Below, one piece after another: positions 23,861 through 35,114 of a stretch of 64,000 nt of DNA; position 1 is the first letter of the stretch, and each line of letters opens with the position of its first letter. The stretch is from Macrostomum lignano. Taxonomy: Eukaryota. Where the stretch lies: positions 186,001 through 250,000 of the forward strand of contig NIVC01000303.1 of the NCBI GenBank assembly GCA_002269645.1, in the 5' to 3' direction. The position numbers and the translations under genes were made by a program. The notes beneath the pieces are model-generated. The model was not told the DNA's origin and searched no databases. It saw only the letters and a list, made by a program, of their open reading frames with translations.

Positions 23861-25663
23861 TTAGGAAGCACTGAACACCTGCAGTCTCCTGTTGCCAAAG
23901 TCAGCCACCACCAGCTGCTCGCGCGGACCTCCCGTCACCACCGCCAGACCCGATGGATGCCTGAATCGCCTGTCTTGGCTGTCTCCGCTGCCGCTCTCGC
24001 CCGGAGTCCCCTGAGTCCACAGCAGCGACCCGTCGTCTGCAGCCACCGCTCGCACTGAGTGGCCATCATTTTCACTCACGAACAGGCCGCCTCTGCTGTC
24101 GACGGCCACATCAATTGGACCAGCAAACTGTTGAAGGCCGGAACGCTGAGTCGGGAAGGAGGCGACCAGCTGCTGTGTGTCGATGCGCACTCTGTGCACC
24201 TGATTGGGCTGACAGTCTATCACAAGAATGCAGTTGTCGTGAGTCGCTAAGTTACGCAGATCAGCACGAGGCAGCTGAGACAGCGTGATGACCGTCTCCA
24301 TCTGCCAAGTCGCTTTGCTGAATGCAGCAATTTTGTTTCCACTGGACACAAACACGGAGGCTGCGTTGCCGCCAATTCCACTGATGTCCCCGAAGCCCTC
24401 GATGTGTGGGCGGACTCGATGCACCTTGCGACCGCTCAGGTCCGTCACTGTCACTGCGTCAGACTGAGCAATGAACAGCAGCTGACGGTCGCAGTGAAGG
24501 CCACAGATGTACTTCTTCCAGTTGATGTTGCAGTGGCACCGCAGCTTTTGTGAGCCGTCCACAGACAGCACCAGTAGGTGGGCCTTGTTAAAAAGGAATG
24601 ATGCCAGAATGCAGGGCTGAGGCAGAGCCTCGCTACCGTCTTCCGCTGAGTCGGCGGGAACCACCAGGCCCGAGCAGTCACCAACGAATCCGCTGGTGTC
24701 GCTGCACACAGCCAGCCATGTAACAAGGCCATACAGCTCCACCTCGTAACTGAAGACCATCGGATCGAACAGCAGTCTGTGAGCCGCGTCTATCTCCTCG
24801 GATGTCGCGGTCACCGCAGCGTCCTTGGCCCACTCATCCTCTTCACTGCGTCCCGCACAAATGCCGACCAGCCGCTCGAGCTGGCCCAGAAGCCGCAGCT
24901 GCAGCTCCTCATTGTCGCTCTGGTCTCTGAGCAGGCGCTCTGACCTCTCAAAGTCGGCCTCCAAGTCTCCAAGCGATTCGTGCATGGACTGGACCAGGCG
25001 AAGCAGCTCCGCCATGTCGCCTGCAGCCTCCGCCGTGGCCACCTCCTGCTTGTAGCTGGAGACGTCCTCGAGGTCCCGCTCGCACACACGCACTGCCTCA
25101 AGCACACCTGAGAGCTGGCCCGTCACCCTGCTACGAAACGAGTCGATGTGTTGCTGTACCAAATCGAATTTGTGATTGACCTCTTGCAGCTGCTGTTGGA
25201 TGTCGAGAGCGAGACGACGCAGCGACTCAGCGTCTTGTCGGTGTCGCAGCAGCGCTGCTCGGCCAGCTGCACTTGCTGCGCCTTGTGACTCTTGTGACTC
25301 TTGTGGCTCTTGTGAGTCTTGTGACTCTTGTGGCTCTTGTGACTCTTGTGAGTCTTGTGAGTCTTGTGGCTCTTGTGAGTTTTGTGAGTCTTGTGAGTCT
25401 TGTGGCTCTTGTGACTCTTGTGACTCTTGTGTGTCTTGTGAGTCTTTTGAGTCTTTTGAGTAGGCACGCAGCAGCTCTTCGACCTCCTCCTTGAGCTTGA
25501 ATAGATTGGCCACATCGACACTGAGGTGTTGACTGCACATGTGGCAGCGGGAGAACGGAGCCACACCGACTGCAGCTTGGTCGCAGATGATGCAGAGTTG
25601 GGGAGTTGGGGTAGCGGGAGGCGCGTCAGAACTCGAGCTGTCGCTGGAGTCTCCAAGGCTCAT
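23861..25663 (-). CDS. B-box-like/coiled-coil/NHL-repeat (TRIM-NHL-like, RING-less) protein, copy 2
   Basis: Intronless ORF, likely start MSLGDSS at 25663; CIIC..CHMCSQH Zn motif, (S/T/P)Q(E/D) repeat, long coiled coil, NHL motifs (F..P.DVAVDSRG.LFVS; F.HP.GLAV..LVVADFGN.RLQVF). Confidence 0.85.
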   Translation of the reverse strand: MSLGDSSDSSSSDAPPATPTPQLCIICDQAAVGVAPFSRCHMCSQHLSVDVANLFKLKEEVEELLRAYSKDSKDSQDTQESQESQEPQDSQDSQNSQEPQDSQDSQESQEPQESQDSQEPQESQESQGAASAAGRAALLRHRQDAESLRRLALDIQQQLQEVNHKFDLVQQHIDSFRSRVTGQLSGVLEAVRVCERDLEDVSSYKQEVATAEAAGDMAELLRLVQSMHESLGDLEADFERSERLLRDQSDNEELQLRLLGQLERLVGICAGRSEEDEWAKDAAVTATSEEIDAAHRLLFDPMVFSYEVELYGLVTWLAVCSDTSGFVGDCSGLVVPADSAEDGSEALPQPCILASFLFNKAHLLVLSVDGSQKLRCHCNINWKKYICGLHCDRQLLFIAQSDAVTVTDLSGRKVHRVRPHIEGFGDISGIGGNAASVFVSSGNKIAAFSKATWQMETVITLSQLPRADLRNLATHDNCILVIDCQPNQVHRVRIDTQQLVASFPTQRSGLQQFAGPIDVAVDSRGGLFVSENDGHSVRAVAADDGSLLWTQGTPGESGSGDSQDRRFRHPSGLAVVTGGPREQLVVADFGNRRLQVFSAS

Positions 25664-26149
25664 TGCTGCACGGCAGGTCTTTAATTTTATTTTGTTTAAA
25701 AGCAAAAACTGAATTTTCGCACTGGGCTGCCTTTTAAGTATGCGAGTGGCAGCAGCTGCGCATCGGTGGGGACGCACAGTTTACATTGGCACAGGGTAGG
25801 TGACTGTTCGCAGCCCAGAGTCCGCATCTGCGTGCGTGTTTGGATCTGTGCGAAGCAGAGCGAATTTGTTTATTTCTTTGCTGTGTATGTGGACTGGAAG
25901 ATTGGCTCAGCGATTCACTCAGCGATTCTTGTTCATTGACATATTCATGGTCTTTCTAGACGCCGTTTAGTATTGAGTAACAATGCTTTTGCGGCTCATT
26001 GTTTGATTGTCTGTAAGGAGCTGAAATGCAGATGAAGTTTAAAAAAATTGCATTAAGAGGTGCTATGTACTCGTAAGTTGAAAATCATTCAAAAGAATTG
26101 AGGAGAGGAAGAAGAAAGATAGAGGAGCAGATAAAGAGGGAGTAGAGAG

Positions 26150-26510
26150 GGAGTGCTGAGAGATGTGCTCACAAGAGATGTGCTCAGGAGAGATGTGCTC
26201 AGGAGAGATGTGCTCAGGAGAGGTGTGCTCAGGAGAGATGTGCTCAGGAGAGATGTGCTCAGGAGAGATGTGCTCAGGAGAGATGTGCTCAGGAGAGATG
26301 TGCTCAGGAGAGATGTGCTCAGGAGAGATGTGCTCAGGAGAGATGGGCTCAGGAGAGATGTGCTCAGGAGAGATGGGCTCAGGAGAGATGTGCTCAGGAG
26401 AGGTGTGCTCAGGAGAGATGGGCTCAGGAGAGATGTGCTCAGGAGAGGTGTGCTCAGGAGAGATGTGCTCAGGAGAGATGTGCTCAGGAGAGATGTGCTC
26501 AGGAGAGAGA
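26150..26510. repeat. Minisatellite, 15 bp GATGTGCTCAGGAGA
   Basis: About 23 units. Confidence 0.97.
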
Positions 26511-26994
26511 AGGCTGTCAGTGGGCAGTCATTTTGTATTTACAACGTCCATATTCGAATGCAAGAAAGTGTAAAGTTTAAATGTGCGATGTCACAGATCT
26601 GTCGGCGCTGGTTGAGTCCGCGTGCGCCGCGGCGACTGCGGCGGCGGCTGTCATCGTGGCGTCTTTGAGCACTTTTAACTGCTCTTCTCTCGAATAAATA
26701 GGGCCATAGACAAACTCGGTGGAGAAAATTCCTCAAAAGAGAACTGAATTTGCACTGCGATGCGAAAAGCACAGTTCCTTACCTGCCTGCAGCAGGTTGT
26801 TTCTAAGAAAGATCCAGCTTCCTACAAATAAATGAAAAACCAAAAAAAATTGTCTTCGTCACCGCTCTGGCGATTCGATCAACCAGCTGCTGTCATGTCT
26901 GATTGGCAATCATGCTGCAGTCGCTACGCAGCATGAAGTCAGTTAAAGTCCCTAAGCTGGTGATGCAGCAGCGGTTAGTCACTTATTTTCAATG

Positions 26995-27725
26995 TTAAAG
27001 AGTCCCCAATTCTCCAATGGTCCCCTGTCCGTGGCCCCCACCCCCATCGTCGTTGTCACCACTTGGATCAACCAGTGGGTGGCTTCTAAGCACAGGGAGA
27101 GGTGGGCTAACGCCCCCGACTGCCGGCAATCCCGCGCGGCTGTCCCTTGTCTTTTTTCCGCTCTGCCAGGGCCCTGCTTGGACTCAATCGCAGGGACATC
27201 AGGGCGGTGACCATGGCCCTCTCGGGTCATGGCTGTTTTGCCAGGCATCGTCACCTCCAGGTAAAAATGCGCAGTGAGGAATGCCCATTCTGCCACTCCG
27301 GTGTCGAGAACGCGGAGCACTTCATCTGTAAATGCCCCCCCTTTACTCAGGACAGGCTCACCTACCTCGGCCCAAACCCGGACCTCTCCGACGTTTTCAG
27401 GCCCGAGAATCTCTGCCAGCTCGTCCGCTACCTAAGGGCTACCGGGCGAGCGACAATCCACCTCCTGGACTCTCCGGAGGGGGATCCACGCTGCGGACAC
27501 CGGTGCCACCGGAACTCCCTGCGCGACACCGCAGCACCAGCTGCCCGTGGTCGCCAGGGGTTAGCGAGATGGGCGGCAACGCCTCCTCGCTGTTTCCGGA
27601 CGCACGGAGCCCCCTGCAGCTAAGTCAAAGTCCCCAATTGTACGCGCGATCTTGCATAGTCCCGACTCTGGGATCCTAAGCCCCCTTCTCCGATGAATTA
27701 CTAATGACTCACTACTTACATGTAC
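26995..27725 (+). mobile_element. 5'-truncated non-LTR retrotransposon 3' end (post-RNase H region, C-terminal CCHC domain, 3' UTR)
   Basis: WINQW...[52 protein letters not shown] are typical of R1/LOA-group ORF2 C-termini. Confidence 0.8.
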
Positions 27726-28570
27726 CCACTCCATTCCTTTTCATCCACCTTAATCTCCATTCTTTTGTTTTGAATCCGCAATTTTGACCCTGATCTCCGT
27801 TAGCAATTTCCATGGTGTGATGACCTCAGTTAGTTCAACTTATTATGCGTTGTTTCGTTGTTGTGATCACGTAACGCATAATTCCTTCTTTGCTCCCCAG
27901 GCTCAAGCCTTCTCGTCTCATTGTACGCAATGGAACGTTCTCCCGCAAATTTGTCCATATTTTTGCAAACACTGAGTAAAGAATGATAATTTTACAAGGC
28001 ATCTGTTCCGCCAACTAAAGCCAACTAGAGCGCCTGGAGCAGTTTTTCGTTGCGAATGAGATCGGCGATGAGAAGAAGCGAGCTGATTTAGAGTCTGCTT
28101 TCGCCCAACAAGCAGCTAGCACCGCCTACACCGACATATGCGACAAACTGAAGGAGCACTTCGATCCTGTGCCTCCGCAGAGATTGTCCTGCGCTTCAGG
28201 TTCTACAACAGAAGCCGCGCTTCAGGTTCTACAACAGAAGCCGCGCTTCAGGTTCTACAACAGAAGCCGCGCTTCAGCGTCGACTGCTCTCCGAGAAGGA
28301 GCTGACGCTTGAGAAGGCCCTGTCGCTGGCGCAGGCGCACGAGTCGGCGACCGAAGGCAATCAGCTGGTGACCAGAGCCACCGGCTCTGACACAGTGCAC
28401 GCTTTTCAACATTCAGCAGTGCCAAGCCGTGCTATCGGTGCCTGTCACACCGGCAACCAACAGCCTCACCGATGCAGCTTGCAAGTCAGCTGCGAAGCGC
28501 GAGGATCGGGCGCTGCTTTTCAACGAGCAGGCCGCCGCGGCGTCTCGGCAGTCCAGGGACTAATAGAGGA

Positions 28571-28625
28571 GGATCCTAAGCCCCTTTCTCCGATGGATTA
28601 TTGATGATTCACCACGTACATGTAC
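28571..28625 (+). mobile_element. 55-bp copy of the LINE 3' tail inserted in the Gypsy gag-protease junction
   Basis: GGATCCTAAGCCC...TACATGTAC is about 85% identical by eye to 27671-27725. Confidence 0.7.
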
Positions 28626-28744
28626 ACCCACCCCCTCGCTGCACGCGATAGAGGCAAGATTCCACCAATCGAGACCTCTGTTAATATCGACAGCACACTG
28701 GTGCACATGGAGGTCGACACAGGAGCATCGGTGTCGAGAACCTT

Positions 28745-29571
28745 TGTAGAGGCTTATTCATGGAATGCTACTTCAAGTAGAGCAACGCACACATGCGCAC
28801 CAAAACTTCAACTATGAATCATGTTGCTATTTATAACGAGAAAATAAATCATGTTATCTTCTATGGCGAAAAGATGAATCATGTTACTATTTACGAGTAT
28901 ATCTCGCGGAAATTTTTGTATAAATACAAGCGCTCTGCGAGCCTGAGAAACCTCAGACTCGGAGCAGCCTCAAGAGGACTTGAGAACACCCAAGAACTAC
29001 GAGGCTACATCTCTGAGAGAAGTAGATACCGTTCAGTAAGCCTTTGTTCGAGTCCTCGTTATTTGATTATTGAGAGCGGTTTTATTGCCGGCCATTACTG
29101 ATCAGTTGATTTTATTGAGTTACTGACTATTCCTAAGGGATTGGATATAGAGGATTATCGATTTGATTGATTTTGTTATCCTAGAGTACGATAGGGGCAC
29201 ACGACTCCGATTCCCTTATTTCTAGAAGAAGACGCCCTTTTTGGAGGACCCCGTTATTGTTATAGATTTGACTTTGTTATTAGGGCGCATCTCTGACTTC
29301 TGCACTCGAGGAATACTCCGACGTCGAAGGATTTAATTGTTACGCTCTCACGTTCGGCCAATTTTAGAACACAATAAGACTACTCCGAAGGAAGAAGATT
29401 TGAAGAAACGAGCTCGGAGAACCTGCGGACAAAGAGGAGCACACACCGGTAAGTGATCACTGATTTTGTTCCCAGGCTTGAGGTCTGGAAGTGGGAGTTC
29501 GTGCGTTTAGACACTAGACTAATTCTCTCTCTCTCTTTCCCGCTCTCTAGAGTGCTAAAGCAAACTCTTCA
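28745..29571 (+). mobile_element. Solo LTR (827 bp)
   Basis: TGTAGAG...CTCTTCA termini (imperfect inverted repeat), CCTT 4-bp TSD (28741-44 / 29572-75), TATAAATA at 28919; it splits the protease between DTGASVS and LRTYSGE. Confidence 0.8.
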
Positions 29572-30407
29572 CCTTCAAAAATGTGCTGAAGGGGCGACCG
29601 CGGAGCTCGAGCGCGCCAACATGCATCCTGCTGCGGACGTACTCCGGCGAGGCGGTGCCTGTGCTCGGCCGGATTCGGGCCAGACTGAGGGCAGACCGAG
29701 GCCGCCAGTAAAGTGCTGCCGCTGCTCGTATTCGACGGCGCCGGCTCGGACTTGATTGGCCGCGACTGGTTGTCCGAGCTGTCTCTGGACTGGTCCGGCA
29801 TCAAGCAGGTGCGGCAGCATCCGCACCCAGAACTACAGGCCCTGCTAGACAAGTACGCTGAAGTTTTCGAGCCAGACCTCGGTAAATACACAGGTCCCGC
29901 TGTTCGCCTGCAGCTGAAGGCGCGCTCGAGATTCTTAGAGGCCTGGAACGTCCCGCTCGCATTGAAGGAGAAAGTGGAAGCTAAGCTCGAGAAGGAGATT
30001 GAGCAAGGAGTGCTCAAGCCGGTGAGCAGCTCCGTTTGGGGTGGCTCCGGTGGTCGCCATTTTCCAACGCCAGATGGACTGCCTCCTGCAGGGAATTCCT
30101 GACGTGACCTGTTTGTTGACGACCTGCTGGTGACTGGCGTGGACGACGTCAGCCACCTGAGAACTCTGGAACAGGTGCTTAGCGGCTCCAGCAGAGCGGC
30201 CTGCGCTGCGGTCTGAATAAATTTTGCTTCATGCAGCAAAGCATTGCTACCATGGCCACCGGATCGACGCTGAAGGTCTTCACCCACTGCAGGACAATGT
30301 GTGAGTGATCCTTGGCATTTAATGGCCACCCAGGTCGCCGCGTTCTGCCAGTGGAAGTCGCTGTTCAGTCAGGCGCCGGTACTGGCTCATTTCGACCGGC
30401 AGTGAAT

Positions 30408-30690
30408 TAGTGCATTAGTAAATTAGTGAATTAGTGAATTAGTGCAGTTGTGAATTAGTGAATTAGTGCATTTGTGAATTAGTAAATTAGTGCATTAGTA
30501 AATTAGTGAATTAGTGCATTAGTGAATTTGTGAATTTGTGCTTTAGTGAATAAGAGAATAAGTTATTTTGTGCATTAGAGAATAACTATATTAGTGAATT
30601 AGCGAACTAGTAAGTTAGTGCATTGGTGAATTAGTGAATAAGTGAAATAGCAGCGAATTGGTGGAATAGTGAATTCGTGAATTAGGTAAA
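30408..30690. repeat. Degenerate ~9-10 bp repeat (ATTAGTGA/ATTAGTGC)
   Basis: Read directly. Confidence 0.85.
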
Positions 30691-30747
30691 TAGTGCATTA
30701 CTTTGAAAAACAAATAACAAAAGAATAACAGAACTTGCTGAGTTTGT

Positions 30748-32340
30748 TTGAAGACAGATCCCCGGCTTGAAGGCACAGATCCCCAGCTTGAAGGCAGAGA
30801 TCCCCAGCTTGAAAGCAGAGATCCCCAGCTTGAAGGCACAGATCCCCATCTTGAAGGCAGAGATCCCCAGCTTGAAGGCAGAGATTCCCAGCTTGAAGGC
30901 AGAGATCGCCAGCTTGAAGGCAGAGATCGCCAGCTTGAAGGCAGAGATCGCCAGCTTGAAGGCAGAGATCGCCAGCTTGAAGGCAGAGATCCCCCAGCTT
31001 GAAGGCAGCAGAGACTGCCAGCTTGAAGGCAGCAGCCTCAGGCAGGCAGAGCCTGTGGAAGGTGCCTCAGATGGGGCACCCGACGGCGGACTGCAGGAAT
31101 CGAGCGGTTTGCCAATTAACTGCGGCCAGGGCCATGCACACCTGTGCCAGGGGCTATGAGTCACCAGGCTGCTCAGAGTCAGGAAAACGGGATGGGGGCC
31201 CGGCCAGACCACGTCACGGCCCCGTCTGCAGTGATTGAAGAAGCGTCAGGGCCAGAGTGTGCTGGAGAGAACTGGATTGGGTAATTTTGATGCGAAGTTT
31301 GAGTCTGGGCTCTTAGTTGCTTGTTTTTTGGACTCATTACTCAGTAGTAGTTTCATAAAATATGCCAAAATTAGTAGTGGAATTCAGCATTGAAGCACTG
31401 ATTTTTCAATTTGCATAGCGAGTGGCGAGACAATTCGAACTTACTCTAAATTTTTCTTTTGGTGAGTCCGATTTCGGCCACAAATTCTTTGCTATTGAGG
31501 AAATTTTACAGCCATGGATTTCAAAGATTTTTTCATTAGGTGCTGCGTGATAAATCATTTCGCTTTTCCGTTTGTGTGCTGACAGACCTCTGGTGTGCCG
31601 CATCGCGCTGCGCCAGGCTGTCCGGGTGGTCCGTATTGGAGAAGCTGGGGTCAGTGCACCTTCAGAGGAATCAGCACGGAAAACGTGAAGCCTGAGACTG
31701 AAGCCTTTCCCAGAGTCGCCGCACTGGAGAAATGAGGTTGACAAACAGGTTGATCAGTTGCTGGCTTAAGGCCGCATCTCCCTGTCAGTCCCCCTGGTCG
31801 AGCCCACTGGTTCCGGTTAGAAAGTCGGATGGCAGTCTCAGAATGCGTCTGGATATCAGGCGTCTGAACAGCGGGACCTTGCCTGACCCCCTGCCTCCGC
31901 CCCGAATAGATGAGGCTCTTGGTGCGCTCGGTGGAAACTGCATCTTTTTCACGATGGACCTACAGTAGCATCCGGATACGAACAGTGCTCTCTAAAGTCG
32001 AAAGCCCAGTTAAAAACCGCTTTCGTGGTGCCGAATCGGGGACAGTCTGTGTGGAAGTGCACGAGTTTCGGGCTCAAAAACGCCCTTCACGAGACTCATT
32101 CATGTCAATGGCATGGTCTACTTCGACAGCATAGTTGTCTTCCCTTCGACTGTGCAGCAGCACTTCGAGTGCCTTGAGCATGTGTTCCAATATCTCAGAA
32201 GGCCTAACATTCAGCTCAAGCCAGAAAAATGAGTCTTTCTGGCAGAAAGATTAGCTTCTTGGGTCACGTGATCTGCAAGGATACGACGAGCCCAGAAAAG
32301 TGTGCGAAATCCTGACTGGCCCAGGCCTTGCAGTGCGGAC
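30748..32340 (+). mobile_element. Second decayed Ty3/Gypsy element: 21-bp heptad array, two frameshifted CCHC knuckles, RT fragment
   Basis: CGRC..MGHPTADC (~31055-31100) and C..CGQGHAHLC (~31110-31150); SPWSSPLVPVRKSDGSLRMRLDIRRLN..PRIDEAL (31790-31930). Confidence 0.8.
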
Positions 32341-33323
32341 ACACATGCCAGCTCTCGAATTGGGGTCGGTATTGTGATCGAATGACCCTTTCTCTACTCA
32401 GTTTTGACACCGAGTTCAATGGGAATTACTTCTAAGAAAAGACTTCTAAGACTTCTACTTCTAAGACTGGGAGGCTGATGCAGCTGATGGAGTGAATGGA
32501 GAAATTCGGATTTGCCATTCACCGCAGAAATTCTGCTGACAAATCATGCCCATGATGAACCCCAGTTCCAGCATCCTAGCATCTTCCTATCCCGCGGATT
32601 CCAGACTGAGTTCTGCTGATCTCAGATAGTCAAATCAGATTAATATGCTTCGACCTCCTCCAGTTTACGGCACTTTTAAGGCAGTCAGCTTCTAATCTGC
32701 ATCAAAGCCCTGTAAGATTTGCACTTTTTATCCGTCATCTCTGCAAAGATTTGCATTCGCTTTTTCACTCGCAGCTCAGAAATGCTTCAATGTACATGAA
32801 AATTGAGTTTTGCATGCACACTCAGTTGTGCCGTCAGTTCCAACTTTCTAAACCACTCATCTTGACATTAATTTCCTGGCTAAAAACACCTGTGCACATG
32901 CATATAAAACACAACGCATGCAGTGAGTCAGTGACCCATTGAGGAAAATGCAACACAGAAGCGAGCGATGAGTCTGCAGCGGTTGAGGAGAGTTTAAGCA
33001 AACTGCATGCCATTTTGCTGGAATTCATTTTAACAGTCAAGTCACAAGTCACTTCTAGAAAAAGAAAAACAATGAGAGAAGAGTTAAGGACCAATGTAAG
33101 TGTAATTTATTTACGTAAAATAAGCATAATGTTTAACGTGCTTCTACCAGTATTCAATAAATATCAATTGAGTATGCTGGAAATGATAAACAATTGTAAG
33201 ACAAAGGTCATGACATGATTGAAAATTCTATAATAAGAAAAACTCCGCTGAAAACCCGGCCTCGAATAATCCAGTCGCTGCAGAAATACCCCAGTTCGAT
33301 TCTTATTCGGTCTGTGAATAAAA

Positions 33324-35114
33324 TTAGGAAGCACTGAACACCTGCAGTTTTTCTGAACAGTCAGCCACCACCAGCTGCTCTCGCGGACCTCCCGTCACTA
33401 CCGCTAGACTCAATGGTCTGCTGAATCTGCCGTCTCCGCTGCCGCTCTTGCCTGGAGTCCCCAGAGTCCACAGCAGCGACCCGTCGTCTGCAGCCACCGC
33501 TCGCACTGAGAGACCCCGCCATTCACACACGAACAGGCGGCCTCTGCTGTCGACGGCCACATCAATTGGACCAGCAAACTGTTGGAGGCCGGAACGCTGA
33601 GTCGGGAAGGAGGCGACCAGCTGCTGGGTGTCGATGCGCACTCTGTGCACCTGATTTTGCACCCAGTCTGTCACCAGAATGCAGTTGTCGTGAGTCGCCA
33701 GGTTGCGCAGGTCAGCATCAAGAAGCTGAGACAGCGTGATGACCGTCTCCATCTGCCAAGTCTCTTTGCTGAATGCAGCAATTTTGTTACCACTGGACAC
33801 AAACACGGAGGCTGCGTTGCCGCCGATTCCATTGATGCCACCGAAGCTCTCGATGTGAGGGCGGACTTGACGCACCGCGCGACCGCTCAGGTCCGTCACT
33901 GTTACTGCGTCAGACTGAGCAATGAACAGCAGCTGACGGTCGCAGTGAAGGCCACAGATGTACTTCTTCCAGTTGATGTTGCAGTGGCACCGCAGCTTTT
34001 GTGAGCCGTCCACAGACAGCACCAGTAGGTGGGCCTTGTTAAAAAGGAATGATGCCAGAATGCAGGGCTGAGGCAGAGCCTCGCTACCGTCTTCCGCTGA
34101 GTCGGCGGGAACCACCAGGCCCGAGCAGTCACCAACGAATCCGCTGGTGTCGCTGCACACAGCCAGCCATGCAACAGGACCATTCAGCTTCACCTCGTGA
34201 CTGAAGACCATCGGCTCGAACAGCCGTCTCTTTCTCTCAGCAGCGTCTATCTCCTCGGATGTCGCGGTCACAGCAGCGTCTCTCGACCAGTCGCCCTCTT
34301 CACTGCGTCCCGCACAAATGCCGACCAGCCGCTCGAGCTGGCCCAGAAGCCGCAGCTGCAGCTCCTCATTGTCGCTCTGGTCTCTGAGCAGGCGCTCTGA
34401 CCTCTCAAAGTCGGCCTCCAAGTCTCCAAGCGATTCGTGCATGGACTGGACCAGGCGAAGCAGCTCCGCCATGTCGCCTGCAGCCTCCGCCGTGGCCACC
34501 TCCTGCTTGTAGCTGGAGACGTCCTCGAGGTCCCGCTCGCACACACGCACTGCCTCAAGCACACCTGAGAGCTGGCCCGTCACCCTGCTACGAAACGAGT
34601 CGATGTGTTGCTGTACCAAATCGAATTTGTGATTGACCTCTTGCAGCTGCTGTTGGATGTCGAGAGCGAGACGACGCAGCGACTCAGCGTCTTGTCGGTG
34701 TCGCAGCAGCGCTGCACGGCCAGCTGCAGCTGCTGCGCCTTGTGAGTCTTGTGAATCTTGTGACTCTTGTGACTCTTGTGTGTCTTGTGACTCTTGTGTG
34801 TCTTGTGAATCTTGTGACTCTTGTGACTCTTGTGACTCTTGTGACTCTTGTGTGTCTTGTGACTCTTGTGACTCTTGTGACTCTTGTGACTCTTGTGGCT
34901 CTTGTGAGTCTTTTGAGTAGGCTCGCAGCAGCTCTTCGACCTCCTCCTTGAGCTTGAATAGATTGGCCACATCGACACTGAGGTGTTGACTGCACATGTG
35001 GCAGCGGGAGAACGGAGCCACACCGACTGCAGCTTGGTCGCAGATGACGCAGAGAGGAGTTGGGGTAGCGGGAGGCGCTTCCGAACTCGAGCTGTCGCTG
35101 GAGCTTTTGCTCAT
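33324..35114 (-). CDS. B-box-like/coiled-coil/NHL-repeat protein, copy 3
   Basis: Intronless ORF, likely start MSKSSSD at 35114, preceded by a polypyrimidine tract and TTCTCAG acceptor; same domains as copy 2. Confidence 0.85.
   Translation of the reverse strand: MSKSSSDSSSSEAPPATPTPLCVICDQAAVGVAPFSRCHMCSQHLSVDVANLFKLKEEVEELLRAYSKDSQEPQESQESQESQESQDTQESQESQESQESQDSQDTQESQDTQESQESQDSQDSQGAAAAAGRAALLRHRQDAESLRRLALDIQQQLQEVNHKFDLVQQHIDSFRSRVTGQLSGVLEAVRVCERDLEDVSSYKQEVATAEAAGDMAELLRLVQSMHESLGDLEADFERSERLLRDQSDNEELQLRLLGQLERLVGICAGRSEEGDWSRDAAVTATSEEIDAAERKRRLFEPMVFSHEVKLNGPVAWLAVCSDTSGFVGDCSGLVVPADSAEDGSEALPQPCILASFLFNKAHLLVLSVDGSQKLRCHCNINWKKYICGLHCDRQLLFIAQSDAVTVTDLSGRAVRQVRPHIESFGGINGIGGNAASVFVSSGNKIAAFSKETWQMETVITLSQLLDADLRNLATHDNCILVTDWVQNQVHRVRIDTQQLVASFPTQRSGLQQFAGPIDVAVDSRGRLFVCEWRGLSVRAVAADDGSLLWTLGTPGKSGSGDGRFSRPLSLAVVTGGPREQLVVADCSEKLQVFSAS

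Larger units (their letters stand above)
27990..30400 (+). mobile_element. Decayed Ty3/Gypsy (Mag-like) gag-pol, interrupted by two insertions
   Basis: ERLEQFFVANEI..EKKRA, QRRLLSEKELTLEKALSLAQAHE (gag); VNID..VHMEVDTGASVS, LRTYSGE, LIGRDWL (protease); VDDLLVTG, HRIDAEGLHP (RT); many frameshifts. Confidence 0.85.
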
